64,000 bases of DNA from Hydrolagus affinis (taxonomy: Eukaryota): NCBI GenBank assembly GCA_012026655.1, contig JAAILG010001001.1:1-64000 (forward strand), written 5' to 3'. Below, in pieces: positions 61,120 through 64,000 of this stretch; positions within the stretch are counted from its first letter, which is position 1, and the number at the start of each line of letters is the position of its first letter. The translations under genes and the position numbers were made by a program. Below the pieces are notes generated by a model. It made no database searches and was not told the DNA's origin. It was given only the letters and a program-made list of their open reading frames with translations.

Positions 61120-61600
61120 TTTAACAATGATCACAGTATTTTGTAAAGTGGTGTGATTGTATTTTGTGGGCAAATGCAGCAGCCAATTTGCAGATGGCAA
61201 TGTTCCACAAACAGTCATGGAGAGAAAGAGATTTTGTTTGGGGGTTTGTTGTCCAGGACCCTGGGAGAAACTTCCTTCTATTTTTAATAGTGTCACAGAA
61301 TCTTTCCACTTGAAAGAGAGGAGATGGTGAAAGTCAGAATGTTGATCAATGATAATGTAATCATTATAATTGTTATAGTTATAATCATTATAATAATCCT
61401 TACATTTGATGTAGCACATTATCATGTTGTTGAGATATCTTTAAGAGGTTCACAGGATATTATTGCGAAGTGTTGTGACTTTAATTGTAAGCAAATGCGG
61501 CAGCCAATTTGCACATAACAATGCCCAACAAACAGTCATTGAGTGAATGATTCTAGTTGGGGGATTTTTTGGCCAGGGCTCTGGTTGAAACTCCTGTCTT
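61120..61600 (-). mobile_element. two tandem old Deu-domain SINE 3' halves (about 61120-61330 and 61385-61600)
   Basis: both contain gcaaatgc(a/g)gcagccaatttgca...aaacagtcat and ccagg(ac/gc)(c/t)ctgg. Confidence 0.7.
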
Positions 61601-61934
61601 GATGTAGAAAGATGGGAAATGGAATGAAGAGGTGAAAATTACTATATTTATTATTATTATTAAATTGTTAGACTTGTATGAGAGATATCAATGAACAATT
61701 TTTTACATTGTTTCTTTCTGTTCAAATATTTATACAATTTACTTTTAAATTATGTTATGATCTTAGCTTCAATAATGCCATTCTGTCTTCTAACAATCCT
61801 CTGAGTGAAAACATTTCCGCTAACCAATCACCTTAACTCTTCTAATAACAATCTGAAGTTTATGCCCCCTGCTTACTGATATACCAACAAATGGGAATGT
61901 TTACAATAGATGACAAAAAAGGTACAGATGAAGA

Positions 61935-62405
61935 AGGAAAGCCTTTTGGCCTCTTTTGCCTCCTCCTGAAATACCAACCCTTGCATTCTTTTCATTACAG
62001 CATCCAGCTGTTTCTTAAATTAATTTAGTAAGCCCAATTCTACTATCCTTCCTTGATTCAGCTGCTGATTACCCTCTGTGTAAAAGTATGCTTCCTGCCA
62101 TCTGTCCTAAAATGACTTTTCACAATGAAGAATATGTGCCCTTGTCCTTTCTGTCTTAGATTATCTGAAAGTATTTTTTTTACCTTTCCTTATTCCATTT
62201 GACACCCATTATATTTCCATAGGTTCTGTTTGAGACATCTGTTTTCAATGCTAAAGGCCCCTAGTTTATCTCATCATTCCTCATCCCTCTGATGTTGCAG
62301 ATCAGCCTTATCAGTCTCCTCCATACTTTGTTCATCGTCAAAGCAGCGCTTTTATTTACAGCAATCAGAAATGTACACATTACTCCAGGTGCAGCCTGAA
62401 GCTCA
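61935..62405 (-). mobile_element. old CR1 3' fragment
   Basis: catccagctgtttcttaaat...taccctctgtgtaaaagtatgcttcct...atgtgcccttgtcc...cagaaatgtacacattactccaggtgcagcctga (RLHLE*CVHF antisense). Confidence 0.6.
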
Positions 62406-63019
62406 CGTTTGGGGATCATTGATTGACAATGTCACTCAGCATCATATTTGCCTGGACCATTGGGTTCTGAAATGCTTGGTTGAGCAACGAGTGAGCAAAC
62501 GCCCCTAATTCCCTTTCAATTAGTCCTTATTTTTTATAGACTTTATTCGTAGACTTTTAGAATTTTAATATCTTTGATTAAGGGATCTCGCCCACTTTAC
62601 AGTCTCTGTGCCAGTATTTGAGTTTAACATCAAAACCTCTCACTTTGTGCATCATCTACACTACGCCGTGATCTAAGGCTCTGATGTCTATTATGGGGCA
62701 TCCACAATTGCACATAGTACTCCAGCTGTGGCCTATCCAATAAACAATCAACTATAAAACCTACACAGGTTAGCCAAGACGTACGGCAGAATATACCATC
62801 TTCAGCACGAGAGAGGATCAGGTCAAGCTGTTAGTCCTGTACAAGATGAGGACTAGAGCTGAACCAGAAGAATTTGCCACTATATGTTTTACCAGAAACA
62901 CAAACTTCTTTCGCAGAACCTTGGCTTTCTGAATCAATTAAAACAATTGACAGAAATGTCAGTGGTAAAGCTTCCCCCTCAGCTTGTTTTTGTCTGTGAA
63001 ATTTTAACCAAAAGTACCA

Positions 63020-63225
63020 TCGATAGAACAGGGTAGGTAAATGAGACCAAAAGGATTATTTTTAAGACACAAACTGGGCCAAATGTCCAATTCTGTGCTG
63101 TAAATGTCTAAGGTTCTATAAAACGCACAATCACATCACTTTACAGTATATCCTGCAAAGTACTTTAAAATGTCTCAATGATGTGACAAGGTGCTTTATC
63201 AAATGCAGGGATTGTTATATTATTT
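63020..63225 (+). mobile_element. CR1 3' terminus followed by a SINE tail
   Basis: tgggccaaatgtccaattctgtgctgtaaatgtcta; cactttacagtatatcctgcaaagtactttaaaatgtctcaatgatgtgacaaggtgctttatcaaatgcagggatt. Confidence 0.55.
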
Positions 63226-64000
63226 TAATCTCTTCTAATCATTCAACAAAAAAAAAAAATTGTTCTAATCATTCTGTGCTAACCGAGCACTTTAGATAGC
63301 TGTTCTGTCTCTTAATACTCCCAGTTATTATAGTTGTTATGTAAATGCAAACTGAGAAGATTGTACGTTATTTATTTATTAGATATCTTTTCCACTTGGA
63401 AATTATTGGATTTTTTAGGTAGGGGGGATTTGCTGATCTGATTTCAATGCTTCTATTAGTAAAAATGCAAATGGTACTTCTACTGCGGCTAAAATGGGAA
63501 AACCATGCCTTCAACATTAAATGGTTTATAAAATAGGAGTCCTTGAAAATGTTCCCAGATGGCTGTACAAGGTGCACACAATCTGTGGAATATTCTTTGA
63601 TCCAAACAATGAGAGCTATAACATTAAACGATGAATTATCTACTTCTATCTTCAAGCAGTGCAGAATACAGGTGAAACATTGTCTTGAACGACAAAGTCT
63701 GACCTCCACGTCATCAATGATTTTTGTTAAGTTGATTGTTTGCCCTCTAACCATCTTGCTATCCCATTTTCCTGCTACATCTATTTCTTTGCTTTGTTAG
63801 TGAGATTAGAAGCTATGCCCTTAAGCAAAGCACTATTCAAAATAAAATACTTAGTAGCCCTTTAAACTCCACTTTAACTATAGATTAGACCAATATTTTC
63901 TTGTGTAATGGGGTCCTTGAAGCCAATATAACTCTCTCCAGGGCAGATTCTGACCTCTTTTTAATTATCAATTTTTATATGAAGTGCTGACGGAATTAGA

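Noticed and set aside
5743-63472. Scattered single ATGCAAAT octamers as evidence of POU regulation
   Set aside because: A few occurrences are expected by chance in 64 kb of AT-rich DNA; only the extended sites at 32161 and 39699 were kept

Overview
This is vertebrate, AT-rich, non-coding DNA from a gene desert or very large intron. The repeat complement points to a cartilaginous fish, plausibly the elephant shark Callorhinchus milii; this is inferred from repeat families and was not checked against a database. I find no intact host gene, tRNA/rRNA gene or CRISPR array, and almost all long ORFs in the track are decayed LINE reading frames or their antisense shadows. The window holds many 5'-truncated L2 LINEs with (GTT)n tails, CR1 LINE fragments (the largest about 1.75 kb at 26965-28705) and tRNA(Ala)-headed Deu-domain SINEs of several ages that share the L2 3' tail. 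It also holds a TA-flanked Tigger/pogo-like MITE, several Penelope-like terminal-repeat fragments with decayed minimal hammerhead cores, two possible Gypsy pol scraps and two 100-N gaps. Between the repeats are repeat-free blocks rich in homeodomain/POU/FOX motifs that look like conserved non-coding enhancers (inference only). The most notable item is a 137-bp near-perfect fold-back element with a perfect 15-bp target-site duplication (39148-39346), whose symmetry centre falls at the predicted hammerhead cleavage site of its Penelope-like family. Other leads are L2 ORF2 frames that run into the terminal stem-loop, a CACCC/CCAAT minisatellite and an isolated ETS-CRE/YY1/E2F motif cluster. I cannot show a new biological system from sequence alone. 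Boundaries of decayed repeats are approximate.
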